A stretch of DNA of 64,000 nt from assembly GCF_009914755.1 (NCBI RefSeq), contig NC_060931.1; one strand, written 5' to 3'. The DNA comes from the human T2T-CHM13v2.0 reference genome, Homo sapiens. Every line of letters begins with the position of its first letter. Position 1 is the first letter of the stretch. Shown here piece by piece: positions 14,140 to 28,651 of the stretch. The position numbers and the translations under genes are program-made. The notes under the pieces are model-generated. The model saw only the letters and a list, made by a program, of their open reading frames with translations. It ran no database searches and was not told where the DNA came from.

Positions 14140-15100
14140 GCAGTCTTTTCATCCTTCACATAAAACATTGCATAGTTTAGAGTAACCACCCAAATATAGC
14201 ACAACCAGAATAACTGAGGAGACTAATAAAGGGGCAACTTCATTTACAAGAAAGAAAGCAATATTAAGGGCAAACATCAAAGGAAAACACCCCAGAAGTA
14301 GCCAGAGTTAAGAAGATTTATCACCCTTAGTCCTGAAGAAACTAAGAAAAGGAGAGGTTACCAGAAGGCAGGGAGAGCTAGAATTTAATTAAGAGAGCCA
14401 CAAGACAGAAACTGGTGCCCAAGGGAGAGAAATGCAGCCACCTCCAGTTTAAGCCTTATCAGGAAGGGAGCTAAGGCAAGGAAAATGTACACTGATGGCT
14501 CCCTTTCCCTCCTCTAATCTTACCAGTCCCCTCCCACCCCCATTAGCTAAAACCACATAGAAATTAGAGCAGGGGTCCCCAACCCCGGGGCCACAAACTG
14601 GGACCTGTCTGTGGCCTGTCACAAACAGGGCGGCACAGCAGGAGGTGTGCAGCATGCAAGCCCACATTACTGCCTGAGCTCCGCCTCCTGTCAGGTCAGT
14701 GGTGGCATTAAATTCTCATAGGTGCATGAACCCTATTGTGAACTGCACATGTGAGGGATTGAGGTTGCATGCTCTTTAAGGGAATCTAATGCCTGGTGAT
14801 CACTGTCTCCCATCACCCCCGGATGGGACCATCTAGTTGCCGGTAAACGAACTCAGGGTTTCCACTGATTCTACATTATGGTGAATGTGTAATAATAATA
14901 GAAATAAAGTACACAATACATGTAATGCACTCGAATCACCCCTAAACCATCCCTCTATACCCAACCCACTGCCTGTCCATGGAAAAAATTGTCTTCCATG
15001 AAACCAGTCCCTGCTGTGAAAAAGGTTGGGGACCACTGAACTAGAGGACAAGATGCCTTCTTAATGCAGGCCAAATAAGTCAGTTTCTTAAAGCATATTA
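14140..15100. mobile_element. Ancient ERVL-class LTR remnant (LTR33/LTR41-like), interrupted by MER1A
   Basis: cccattagctaaaaccacatagaa...tagaggacaag motif continues across the MER1A insertion; family uncertain. Confidence 0.4.
14570..15038 (+). mobile_element. MER1A (hAT-Charlie MITE)
   Basis: TIRs caggggtccccaacc / ggttggggaccactg; 8-bp TSD aattagag / aactagag. Confidence 0.92.
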
Positions 15101-15357
15101 AATTATAAGCAATGTGGGAGAGTGCATCTAAAGTAGGAATTAGAAAATATCAAACACAAAAATCTAGGGCAAGCTTTGCATTCCCTTTTTTATCTTCTTT
15201 ATACTCATTCACCCCTCAATGCATTGACAGTGGAGCGTGAGGAATTATTCAGTCAGTTGATTACAAACTGGAATACAGAATGGAAGTCTGGTGAGAAGAG
15301 CCATCAGAAAAATCTCACTTTATTGATTGTATTTTTTTGCTGTGCAGAGGCTATTTA

Positions 15358-15437
15358 TTACATTGATGCAAAAGTCATCTAGGTTTTTGCCGTTACTTTC
15401 AATGGTAAAAACCGCGATAACTTTTGCACCAACCCAA
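15358..15437. mobile_element. MADE1 (Hsmar1-derived MITE)
   Basis: 80-bp palindrome tgcaaaagt...aaaaaccgcgataacttttgcaccaacccaa with TA on both sides. Confidence 0.9.
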
Positions 15438-15593
15438 TAACTTGATGTAATCCCATTTATTCAGGTTTGTTTTGGTTGCCTGTGCTTGTAGGGTATTGTT
15501 CAAGAAGTCTTTGCCCAGAACAATGTCCTGGAGATTTTCCCCAATGTTTTCTTGTAGTAGTTTCATAGTTTGAGGTCTTAGATATGTCTTTAA

Positions 15594-15916
<323 letters not shown>

Positions 15917-18900
15917 TGATTTTATTTTTATTTATGGTGAGAGATAGGGGTCTAGGTTCATTCTTTTTCATATAGATACCCAGTTTTCCCAGAACCATTA
16001 ATTGAAGAAACTGTGTTAACAAAGTGAAGAGACAACCCACAGAATGGGAGAAAATATTTGTAAACTACCCATTTGAAAAGGGATTCCTAATCAGAATATG
16101 TAAGGAGCTCAAACAACCTTATAGAAAAAAAATCTAAGAATCTGATCAAACAATGGGCAAAATATTTGAATAGCAACTTTTTCAAAAGAAGACATACAAA
16201 TGGCAAGCAGGCATTTGAAAATGTGTTTAACCTCATTGATCATTATAGAAGTGGAAATCAAAACTACAATGGAATATCATGTTGCCCCTGTTAAAATGAC
16301 TTATATACAAAAGACAGGCAATAACAAATGTTGGTGAGGATGTGGAGAAAGGGGAGCCCTTGTACACTGTGTAAATGTAAATTAGTACAACCAGTATGGA
16401 GAACAGTTTGGAGGTTCCTCAAAAAACTAAAAATTGAGCTATCATATGACTCAGCATTCCCACTATTGGGTATATACCCCCCAAAAAGGAAATCAGTATA
16501 TTAAAGAGATATCTGCATTCCCATGTTTGCAGCAGCACTTTTTACTGTAGCTAAGATGTAGAAGCAACCTAAGTGTCCATCGATGAATGTATGGATAAAG
16601 GAAATGGGGTACATACACAAAATGGAGTACTAGACAGGCATTAAGAAGAATGAGATCTAGTCATTTGCAACAACATGGATGGAACCGGAGATTGTTATGT
16701 TAAATGAAATAAGCCAGGCAAAGAAAGACAAACATTGCATGTTCTCACTTATTTGTGGCACCTAAAAATCAAGTCAATTGAACTCATGGACATAGAGAGT
16801 AGAAGGATGGTTACCCGAGGCTGTGAAGGGTAGTGAGGGTTAAGGGGGAGGCACCGGTGGTTAATAGGTACAAGAAAAAATATAAGGAATGAATAAGATC
16901 AATAAGATCTAATATTTGATAGCACAACAGGGTGACTATAGTCAATAATAACTAAATTGTGTATTTTAAAAATAAAGAATGTAATTGGACTCTCTGTAAC
17001 TCAAAGGATAAATGGTCGAGGGGATGGATACCCCATTCTCTATGAGGTGTTTATTTCACATTACATGCTTGTATCAAAACATCCCATGCACCCCACAAAT
17101 ATGTACACCTACTATGTATCCACAAAAATTTTTTAAATAATTTTTAAAAATCTCAATTTAAGAAGTAATAGTACTAGAATTCTCAAATGAAGCAGCAACA
17201 TATTGGTGTTTATTGTTACTGTACTAGATCACAAATATTAGGCTCAACATTTTGATGATAGAGGAAAATACAAGATACAATACTTGTCCCAAAAAGCGTA
17301 TGATCTAATTTGATAAAAATAACAAACATACATTGAAAATAATTACAAGGACAGATACAAATTGATGTTTTCTTGTATGGCCTAAAGTATAAATATAAAA
17401 ATTGAGAAGAAGTAAATAAGAGATATAATAGTAGAAAAAAAGCCACCAAAATATCTATGCCTGTAACTGGACTTAGCCTTTGTAGAAAAGAGAAGATATT
17501 CCAGAAAAAATTTAAAAAGCAAATGTCAAATATGTTACACATAATGAGAAATTGGAATGGATTGAATGAAGCATGTTGAGAAAATACCTTTGGGTAAATT
17601 GTTTGGGATTATATATCTGGGAAAAATATAAGCTTTTTATTGCTATTTGCTTAGAAATGTTTAGCTCTTAATGATATAAGGTAAAGCCTAATCAGTATTA
17701 ATAAAGAGGTTAGCAGAAAGATAAATTTTTCAAATAAAAAAATACTAATTCCCTGATCCTCGAAGATCTATACAAGAACAAAAATATATCACAAAACAAA
17801 TGCAAATTTATTTTATAAATCCACTTCATTCACAGAGGGATGTGTGTTTGAGCCGATATCAATTATTCAAAGAAATCTGAAGAAAAATCCCAATTAAGCA
17901 ACAAATATTCATATGACCACATCACTCCAGTTTTATCAATCATTAACTCCCTTTTTGTGATAGGTATGAAGACCCTTATAAATATAAATTAAAGTAGTAG
18001 ATCAATCATGCTGTGCCAGACAGTGATTCTGCATAAATAAGAATTATTTTCTTGTGTCCAAACTGTCCATGAAGTTATAAAGATGTTCATTTATATATTA
18101 ATCCATATTCTCAGTTGAAAAGTGTCCAGATGTCTAAAATCTATAAGCCTTAAATATAAGATCAGCTTTTATTATTCAATTTTAGTCCTCAGGGAAAAAT
18201 TATTCATAAAATAAAGTAAAAAGTGGTTATTATCTATCAATGTTTCACATACTGAATTAGAGATGCTGCAGCTAAGATTAGATGACCAAAAAGGTGAGAA
18301 AAAGGGAAGAGGGGATAGAATTACTGATGTGTTAATTGTTGAATCTCTTAATGTTAAGTCACTTCTATTTCACTTCTTTCACCAAAAGTTGCAAATTTGA
18401 AGAAAAAATGAGAACAGAAAAGTAGATCTAGGTTAAGGGGACCCAACAGTAGATGAAATAATAATTCCAGTTTAGAATATCAGTATTTTTTCTAAATTAT
18501 TAGTCATGTTACAGTAAAATTTGTAAAGTAATTGCTATACAAAGTTCAGTAATATGTATAAGTAACCTGACTTTTCATTACTAGAAATCTGAAAACAATT
18601 AAAACAGTAAGATAGTTAAAATCATGAGTTATAATTAGTAAGCTATTTTAGAATAATTATAAAAATTTCAAAATACCTTCAGCTTTTTATGCTTTAATAA
18701 CAATAGTAGTACTAAGTAATTAGTTCACTTAAAGGGATAAATCAGTTGACCATCAATTTGGATCTTTATTTGAATTTATTCCCTAACATAAACACTTTCC
18801 CTTTATTGTTCAAATGATATGAGAAATAAAATGACATCATAAACTCTGAATGGAATATCAAAGTTATGACAATATGTGTTATAAAAAATTAAAGGATATG

Positions 18901-18939
18901 ATTTCTAATACTGTATGTAATTAAATTGCTAACAAGTAA

Positions 18940-19268
<329 letters not shown>

Positions 19269-19271
19269 TGC

Positions 19272-19494
19272 TTTTTGTTTTTGAGACAGTGTCTTGCTCT
19301 GTCACCCAGGCTGGAGTGCAGTGGCCTGATCATGACTCGCTGCAACCTCTACCTTCAAGGCTCAAGCAATCCTCCCACACTCAAGCCTCAGTTTCCTGAA
19401 TACCTGAGACTACAGGTATGTGCCATCATGCCTGACTAATTTTTTATTTTTATTTTTTGGTAGAGATAAGGTCTCCCTGAGCTTCCCAGGCTGG
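19272..19494 (-). mobile_element. AluJ, 5' truncated
   Basis: ggctcaagcaatcctcccac (J-type); right arm plus part of left arm. Confidence 0.88.
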
Positions 19495-19589
19495 GGTATT
19501 TTAAATATTTCTTTTAATACTTTTTTTTTGGTAAGAATTAGTAATGAATGCACACTCCAGAGGTGTATTTTTATATATTGCTAATGGAT

Positions 19590-22500
19590 TATTTAACATT
19601 CTGAAATGTTTCTTTTACTTACTGGTAGCAATCTTTATTTTGTAGTCTATCTTATCAGATATAAATATAACCACTCCAGCCTTATGTTTGTTATTTTTAT
19701 TGTTTATCTTTTTCTAATAATTTTTTCAACCGATGTGTTTATTTATATTAAATATGTATACTTATGGGTAGTATACGGTTGAGTGTATTTTTTACTCATT
19801 CAACCAATCTTGGACTTTTAACTACAGTGTTTGTTCCATTAACGTTTAATGTACCTATAGGTATGGTTATGCAAAATGGATCTATCATTTTATTGTGTGT
19901 TTTCTGATGGTCTCCTGAATCCTCTTCTATTTTTTTAATCCTGCCTTTTCTTGAATTATTGAATATTGCATTTACATGTAAATATAACTATGTCTTAATT
20001 TATATATTAAAATTTAGTTATTTCTTTTTGTTTTTATGTTTTAGTGATTATTCTTGTGATTACATAATACAGTCTTAACATTTCACACTAAGTTAATATT
20101 GCACCTTTTTATATAAAACGTATGTGCCTTGCAACCACATAGGCTTTTCCCATCTACTCTGTTTTTTATGTTATATTTGTCATGTGCATTATGGCTATAA
20201 ACATTACAAACCCCATATAACAGGATTATAATTGCTGCTTTAAACATCTCATGCATTTTTAAAAACAATAATAGAATAATATTTTGTACTAATCTAGATA
20301 TTTAGCATTTCTTGTGTTCTTCATTTTCTTCTGGAGGTAGAATTTTCCACCTGATGTCTTTTTTCTCCAGCTTCAAGAAGTTCCTTTATCATTTCTCATA
20401 CTGTGAGTGTGATAGTAAAAGTTTCTTTGAATTTTATTTCATTTGAAAATGTCTATACATTTTCTTAATTCTTAAAAAATATGTGTTCACATACATATAG
20501 GTTGATAGATTTTCTTTTCATGATATCTGATGTGAAAAGTCAGTAAACAATACATTATTGGTAACTGAGATGTAATGTGTCCAATTTCCTTAGATGTTTT
20601 CAAGAATTTCTTTAATTTTGATGTTCAGCAGTTTGATTATAATGAGTCTAGGTATTACTGTCTTTATATTAATCCTGTTTGGGATAACCTGAAATTCTTG
20701 AATTTTTACATTTATTTTTTTCAGCAAATTCAGGAAAATTTTTGACACTGTATATTCAAATATTTTCTTCTCTATTCTCTCTATCCTCTCTTTATTGACT
20801 CTGATCACATAAATGTCAGAAATTTTTATGTTGCCTAATAGGTCCCAGAGACTCTACTCATATTTATTTTCATATTTTTTAATCTATTTTTCTGAGCAAA
20901 TACGTTCTATTAATCTAATATCAAATTCACTGATTCTTTCCTTTGTCACCATTGTTTTTCCTCATTAACCACATGCACATATATTTTATTGAAAATGGTA
21001 TAATTTAGGTCTAAATTTTATATTATATTTAATTTCTTAAAATGTGTACGTTACTGCTGCTATTTCTCACCTTTCAATTATAGAAAGCATATTTTAATTT
21101 ACTTCATTAGCTGTAGTTATAATAGTTGCTTTAACATTCTGACCATGGAGATTATTGTGACTTGAATGTGTTTTCTCTTGTGTGTACGATATTTTTCTGT
21201 TTTTCATTTGGATTGTATCCTGGACATTGTAGTTTTTTCTTTAATATTTTGCATTTGTTACATTCTCCTGAAGAGTATTGATGTCTTTGATGTAGCAGGA
21301 AATTAACTAGGTTAGATTTAAACCTTAAATTCTATCTATTTAAACCCAATAGCCCAAATCACATTACAATTTCCCGAATTTAACTGTTTCTTGAGTCTGT
21401 TCCATGCATGCATGAGTCATCTGTCAGCTAGTTACTAGGACAGCATTTGAGTAAATTTTTTTTTTTCTGTTCTGATTAGAAAAGGGATCCAGAACAGTTT
21501 GCATTCATGTTGGATGGATGATAGTGTTCATTTATACTTTGCTCAGGGCTATGTTACCTCTGCTGTCTTATGTCAAAATATAGCCTGAGGAGAGCTAGAC
21601 CACCTGGACAACCCACAGAACATTACACTGAGCTACCACATTGATGACAGCATGCTAATCAGACATGATAAATAACAGGTGATGGTATGCCAGAGGCCTT
21701 AATGAGACACATGTACTGCACAGGGAGAGAGAAAAACCTGCCACTTCACTAATGTCTGTAGGGATGAGATGGCCAGAGATATCCTTTGCAAATTAAGGGA
21801 TAATTAATGCATATAGTGCTCACCACCACACAGAAGGAGGCACAGAATGTGGTAGGCCTCTTTCGGTTTGGAGGGAACACTTTTCACATGTAGGCATACT
21901 GCTCCAATCCATACTCTGTGACATGGAAGGAAGGAAATTTTGAGATTTTGAGTGGTAAAGGGGTCTACAGCAGGTTTAGGCTGTGGTAGAAGCCACACTG
22001 CCCCTTGGGCCCTGCTTTTATTCCTCCCTTGGCATCTGCTCTTTTAAGGTGAATCTAACTCTCGTGGTAATTAACCTCATTTTTAACATGTGGTTCCTCT
22101 GACCATTTAAATAACATGTATATTCAATGTGCTCAATTCATTCTATCTGTTTAGAATTCCTGACACCGCATGACCTATGAGAATTCTCACCATGCTCACA
22201 TAATTATATTCCCTAGAACATGATCTTCTCAAATTTGTAATATTGTTTCCCTAATCTTTAAATAAATGAATGACTCAATAGGACCACCATGATGATTTCT
22301 AGAACTTGTTCTCTGCCTACCTCCTTACGCTTGGATAACCTGCTTTGCATATTACATCTGCCTCAGCATCATCAATCTCTAATCTCTGACTTTTAAAATT
22401 AGCAGGAATGCTGGTCTCTACTTGGGTATCCTTCCTTGAGTCAGTCTAGAAATTACCTTCAAGCAGAAAGCCTGGGTAATGAAAGAGATTTCCTTATTTC

Positions 22501-22640
22501 TTTCCATTTTCTCAGAGTTCGCATAATTCCTGTTTTCTAGTCTTTTAAAATAGATGATACCTTCTTCAGTTCAGTTTTGCAATTGTCTATAGTGGAGATG
22601 AATTCCGCTTTCTTTTCTGCCCTCATGGCCAGAAGAAGCT
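19590..22640 (-). mobile_element. Old L1M 5' region (ORF2 start, ORF1, 5'UTR), interrupted by an ERVL fragment
   Basis: ORF 20590..20808(-) resembles L1 ORF1p (KIFE...IPNRINIK...PRLIIIKLL); antisense EN start near 19650. Confidence 0.72.
21450..22012 (+). mobile_element. ERVL-family internal pol (RT) fragment, no LTRs
   Basis: Degenerate translation EQFAF...QGYV...LDHLDNPQNITLSYHIDDSMLI...KEAQNVVGLF...LPLGP follows class III ERV RT order (HYIDD motif). Confidence 0.8.
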
Positions 22641-22659
22641 CAAAATTATTTGCTTTTTA

Positions 22660-23550
22660 AAAAAATTTCAGAAATAAAGAATAAAATTCTGGAAGCATAG
22701 ATGCAGGGCAAGAATAATTATTTACAGAAGAACAAAACATGGCTTAACTTGGGCCTTTCTATGCAAAACAGTGATAGGTAATAGAAGTGAAAGAAGTAAA
22801 ATTTTTCCAAAATTTTTATTCTGTGGAAAGATATTATTCAAATGTTAACATAGCAGAGAAATGTTTTCAGATAAGTAAAGACTCAAAATATATAAAACCG
22901 AGGTGTCTGTCCTTAGAAAATAAAGTGTAGACCATAACAAATAATAGTAATATATCCAGCTAAAATATTATTATTGTTTAGAAATTAGGAATATTATTTT
23001 TGTTTAGAAATTTACAGGTTTAAAATCAAGAAAAATATACCATTTTTTTCCGAGTAAAACAAGAACATATTGTAAATGAACTATCTTAGATATGGATAGA
23101 TACATTTAAATGAATATATGATTTCTGAATTTGAAACTACAATAGAGACAATAAACACCCTCATGGATAGCTCAGAAAGTTAGCTTGGTGAGCTGGATGA
23201 CTAATATGAGAAACTTATTAAAAAACTCAAAGAAAGCCTGAATACAAGAAAATAAATAGGGAAATGTTGAGTGAGATAAATGAGAAATCAAGACCATTGA
23301 GATATTCATTAACTGTGCAGGAATATTTGGAACAAATAGGATTTACAGTGTACTAGGCAAAATCAATTAGTTTTAAAAATGTCTTGACCCAGACCAAATC
23401 TAGACTATTTTTAAATTCCATAAAAATATACACTATATTAGGATATTCCACTTGGGAAAAATGAAAACACATTACTAATAAGCGAATAAAAATAATTCTA
23501 ACTTCAGACCTCCTCACATTAGTAAATGTGTGAAGAGAGTAAAATAGTGT
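22660..23550 (+). mobile_element. HAL1/L1 ORF1-like ancient remnants
   Basis: A-rich, weak ORF1-like segments (ttagcttggtgagctggatgac, acttcagacctcctcac). Confidence 0.3.
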
Positions 23551-23554
23551 CTAT

Positions 23555-26057
23555 TACCCAGTGATGCAAGGATATAAACTGGGTATAGGAGAAAAATACC
23601 TCAACATAATAAAAACCATATATGACAAAACCACATCTAGTATTATACTGAATGAGAAGAACTTGAAAGCCTTTTCTCTGAGATCTGGAACATGATAAGG
23701 ATATTCACTTTCACCACTGTTATTCAACATAATAGTGGAAGTCCAATCTAGAGCAATCAGACAGTATGATGAAATAAACAACATTCGAATGGGAAATGAA
23801 GAAATAAAATTATTCTTATTTGTAGATAACATAAACATATTTGGAAAAACCTAAAGACTTCACAGAAAAACTATTAAAACTAATAAACAAATTCCATAAA
23901 GTTGCAGGATACAAAATCAACCTACAAAAATCAGCAGCATGTCTATATGCCCACAGTGAACAATCTGAAAATAAGAAAGTAATTTCATGTACAACAGCCA
24001 CAAATAAACTAAAATGTCTAGAAATTAACTTAACCAAATAATTGAAAGATATCTACAATGAAAATTATAGATCATTGGTAAAAGAAATTGAAGAGGACAC
24101 AAAAAAGGAAAGATATTCTATGTTCATAAATTAAAAGAATCAATATTGTTAAAAATGTCCATACTACTCAAAGCGGTCTACAGTTTCAATTAAAGCTCTG
24201 TCAAAATACCAATGGCATTCTTCACAGAAATAGAAAACAGAATCCTAAAACCTATAAGTAACCACAAAGGGCCCAGAGTAGCCAAAGCTGTCCTGAGCAA
24301 AAAGAACAAGGCTGGAGGAAAACATTACCTGACTTCAATTTATACTACAGAGGTATAGTAACAAAAACAGCATGGTACTGGAAAGAAAAGAAATAGACCA
24401 ATGGAACAGAATAGAGAACTCATACATCTATAGTAAACTGATTTTTGACAAGGGTGCCAAGAACGTATGTTGTGGAAAGGACAGTCTTTTAATAAATAGT
24501 TCTGGAAAAACTGAGTATCCATTTTCAGAAGAATGAAAGTTGACCATCTCTTGCCTTTACAAAAATCAAATAAAAATGGATTAAAGACTTGAATCTAAGA
24601 CCACAAACTACAAAACTACTACAAGAAAACATTAGGGACAATCTCCAGGACATTGGAGTGAGTAAAGTTTTTTTGGGCAATACCACACAAGCACAGGCAA
24701 TAAAACAAAAATGAACAAATGAAATCACATCAAGTTTTAAAACTTCTGCACAGCAAAAAAAGAAACAAATGAACAAACAAAACACAATCAACAAAGTGAA
24801 GAGACAACCCACGTAATAGGAGAAAGTATTCATAAACTATCAAGCTGCCAAGGAATTCATAACCAGAATAAATAAGGAACTCAAACAACTCTATAGGACA
24901 AAATCTAATAATCCAATTAAAATGGGCAAAATATCTCAATAAACATTTCTCAAAAGAGGACATACAAATAGCAAACAGGCATATGAAAAGGTGTTCAATA
25001 CCACTACTTGTCAGAGAAATGAAAATCAAAACTATATTTATGCTTCATCTCACTCCAGTGAAAATGGCTTATATCCAAAAGACAGGCAATAGCAAAGATT
25101 GGTGAAGTTACGGAGAAAAGGGTACCCTTGTACATTGCTGCTTGGGATGTAAATGAGTACAATAACTATGAAAAACAGTTTGGAGGTTCTTCAAAAATCT
25201 ACAAATAGTTTTACCATATAATCCAGCAATTCAATGGCTAACTATATACCTCAAATTGAGGAAATCAGTATATAGAGATATTGTGTTCCCATGTTTATTA
25301 CAGATCTATTTACAATAGCTAAGATTTGGAAGCAACCTAAGTGTCCATCAACAGATTAATAGGTAAAGAAAATGTGGTACATACACACAATGAAGTACTA
25401 TTTGGCCAGAAAAAAATAATGAGACCCAGTCATTTGCAACAGCATGAATGGAACTAGAGGTTATTATGTTAAGCAAAATAAGCCAGGCAACAAAAGAGAA
25501 ACTTACTATGTTCTCACTTATTTGTGGGATGTGAAAATTAAAACCACCGAATTGATGGAGACAGAGAGTATAGAATGATTACTAGGGGAAGTAAAGGGTA
25601 GTGGGGTGGTGGGGGAAAGTGTAAATGGTTAATGGGTACAAAATATAGTAAGAAATAATGAATAAGAACTAATGTTTGATAGCATGACAGGGTGACTATC
25701 AACAATAATAATAATAATTGTACATTTTAAAATACCTAAAATCGGACAGGTACAGTGGCTCACACCTGTAATCCCAGCACTTTGGGAGGCTGAGGCAGGC
25801 AGATCACGTGGTCAGGAGTTCAATATGGTGACTAATACGGTGAAATGCCGTCTCTACTAAAAATACCAATATGGTGAAACATCGTCTCTACTAAAAATAC
25901 AAAAATTAGTCGGTCGTGGTGGCAAGCGCCTGTAATCCCAGCTACTCAGAAGGCTGAGGCAGGAGAATCACTTGAAGCGGAGAGGCAGAGGTTGCAGTGA
26001 GCTGAGTTCATGCCACTGCACTCCAGCCTGGGCAACAGAGTGAGACTCCATCTCAAA

Positions 26058-26097
<40 letters not shown>

Positions 26098-26275
26098 AAA
26101 ATAGCTACAATTGTGTAATTGGATTATTTGTAAAACAAAGGATAAATGTTTGATGTGATGAATATCCCATTCACCCTGATGTGATTATTACTCATTTTAT
26201 GCCTGTATCAAAATATATGATGTGTCCCATAAATACATACAATACTATGTGGCCACAAAAATTAACAATTAAGAG
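23555..26275 (+). mobile_element. L1MA2/3-like, 5' truncated (ORF2 3' half + 3'UTR)
   Basis: ORF 23841..24041 EKPKDFTEKLLKLINKFHKVAGYKINLQKS = L1 RT; 3'UTR ending gcctgtatcaaaata...cacaaaaattaac. Confidence 0.92.
25743..26100 (+). mobile_element. AluS with internal duplication and (TAAA)n tail
   Basis: Dimer; degenerate TSD aaaatacctaaaat / aaaatagctacaat. Confidence 0.93.
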
Positions 26276-26947
26276 AAAGAAGTCATCACATGTGGATTTT
26301 CTTATCATAACATACCATTTGTCAATATATACTATTTAACTTAAAATCAATAAAATACTAGAGAAAGATAGAAATCAGAATTTTTTAAAAATTAAAGTCA
26401 TTGGTACAAAATACAACTTGAATACACAAATAACTAGAGGGAAAAACAGCATTTAAGCAAAAAATGTTCTAAAGATATACATCTAAGGATGCCTGTATGT
26501 CTACGTACCTACACCACACATTCACAGAAACATTTACATATGGAAGATAAATTAAACATTCAAGTTATGTCTGTAAGTATAGAAACTGAAAGTGATCTAA
26601 ATTCTTTTATTTAAATATTTTCATTATAAATTGATATGTTTTCTATATTTTACAAAATGATTGTTTATTGATTTTAAATTCAGCAAGAGAAGATAGGAGT
26701 TATGAAAGAGAACAGTTTTTCAATAATTTAGTTCTGAAAGGCTTTGCAATTGGATATAATCCTACTACTCTTTCTCTAATAATATTCATCAATTAGATGC
26801 TGACTGATGCTTGGCAAATACTACTACCTAAATCTCAATCTGTAACCAGGAATTTATGTAGCACCCTAGAGGTCTCAAGGGTAAAGAAAATATTTTCACC
26901 TCCTTCATTTTGAGTTTCAAAGTCACTAAAGCAACTTGGTTATTGGA

Positions 26948-28651
26948 TGATATGGCTTGGCTGTGTCCCCAACCAAATTTCATCTTGAATTGTACTTCCC
27001 ATAATCCCCATGTGTTGTGGGAGGGACCCAGTGGGAGGTAATTTAATCAAGGTGGTAATTATCCTCATGCTGTTCTCATGATAATGAGTGAGTTCTCATG
27101 AGATCTAATGCTTTTATAAGGAGCTTTCCCCTACTTGTTCAACACTTCTCCTTCCCATTGCCATGTGAAGAAGGACATGTTTTCTTCCCCCTCCCACCAT
27201 AATTGTAAGTTTCCTGAGGCCTCCTCAGCCCTGCAGAACTATGAGTCAATTAAAACTCTTTCCTTTATAAATTACCCAGTCTTGGGCAGTTTTTTTATAG
27301 TGTCATGAGAACAAACAAATACAGTAAATTGGTACCACAGACAGTGGCATGCTGCTGTAATGATAACTGAAAATGTGGAAATGACTTTGGAACTGAGTAA
27401 CAGGCAGAGGTTGGAACAGTTTAGAGGTCTCAGAAGAAGACAGGAAAATGTGGGAAAGTTTGGAACTTCCTAGACACCTGTTGAATGACTTTGACAAAAA
27501 TGCTGATAGTGGTATGGACAATGAAGTACAGGCTGAAGTGGTCTCAGATGGAGATGAGGAATTTGTTGGGAATTGGAGCAGAGGTGACTTTCTATGCTTT
27601 AGCAAAGAGATCAGTGGCATTTTGCCCCTGCCTTAGAGATCTACGGAACACTGAACTTGAGGGAGATGATTTAGGGTATCTGGCAGAAAGTGATTTTTCC
27701 TCATTCAAGAGGAAGCAGAGTACAAAAGTTTGAAAAATCTGCAGGCTTACAATGTGATAGAAAAGAAAAAAACCATTTTCTGGGGAGAAATTCAAGCCAA
27801 CTGCAGAAATTTGCATAAGTAACAAGGAGCCAATGTTAATCGCCAAGACAATGGGAAAATGTCTCCAGGGCATGTCAGAGACCTTCATGGCAGTCCCTCC
27901 TATCACAGGCCTTGAGGCTTAGGAGGTAAAAATGGTGTTCTGGGCTAGGTCCAGGGCCCCCTTGCTGCGTACAGTCTGGTGACTGCATCCCAGCTGCTCC
28001 AGCAATGGCTAAAAAGGGCCAAGGTACAGCTCAGGCCATTGCTTCAGAAGGTGCAAGCCCCAAGCCCTGGCACCTTCCATGTGGTATTTGGCCTACAGGC
28101 GTACAGAAGACAAGAATTGAGGTTTGGGAACCTCTGCCTAGATTTCAGAGGATGTATGGAAATGTCTGAATGTCCAGGCAAGAGTTTGCTGCAGGGACAG
28201 AGCCCTCATGAAGAACTTCTAGGGGAATGCAGAAGGGAAATTTGGGGTTGGATCCATTCAGTGGCTCCATACAGTGGCTCCAATCCCATACAGTGGGGAC
28301 TGTGTATGGGTGCTCAAACCCCACATTTCCCTTCCACATTGCCACTAGTGGAGCTGGAAATGCCCAGATATCCAGACAGAAGGGGGCAATTAATCTTACG
28401 TTGTTCTCATTATAGTGAGTGAGTTCTCAAGAGATTTGACGGTTTTATAACGGGCTATTCCTCCTTTGCTCAGCACTTCTCTTTCCTTGCGCCATGTGAA
28501 GAAGCTCATGGTTTCTTCCCCTTTCCATCATAATTGTAAGTTTCCTAAGACCTTCCCAACCCTGCAGACCTGTGAGTCTTAAACCTCTTTCCTTTATAAA
28601 TTACCCAGTCTTGAGCAGTTCTTCATAGCAGCATGAAAATGAACTAATACA
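26948..28651 (+). mobile_element. THE1 (C/D-like) MaLR provirus, internally deleted: 5' LTR 26948-27323, internal region to ~28357, partial 3' LTR ~28385-28651
   Basis: tgatatggcttggctgtgtcccc start, aataca ends, 5-bp TSD ttgga/ttggg; ORF MWESLELPRHLLNDFDKNADS is typical of THE1-int. Confidence 0.92.

Noticed and set aside
21456-21466. Poly-T as a retrocopy tail for the ERVL fragment
   Set aside because: No poly(A) signal or TSD; it coincides with the T-rich codons of the RT motif
27303-28422. ORFs in THE1-int (also 61.3-63.7 kb)
   Set aside because: Decayed MaLR internal sequence, broken by stops and frameshifts
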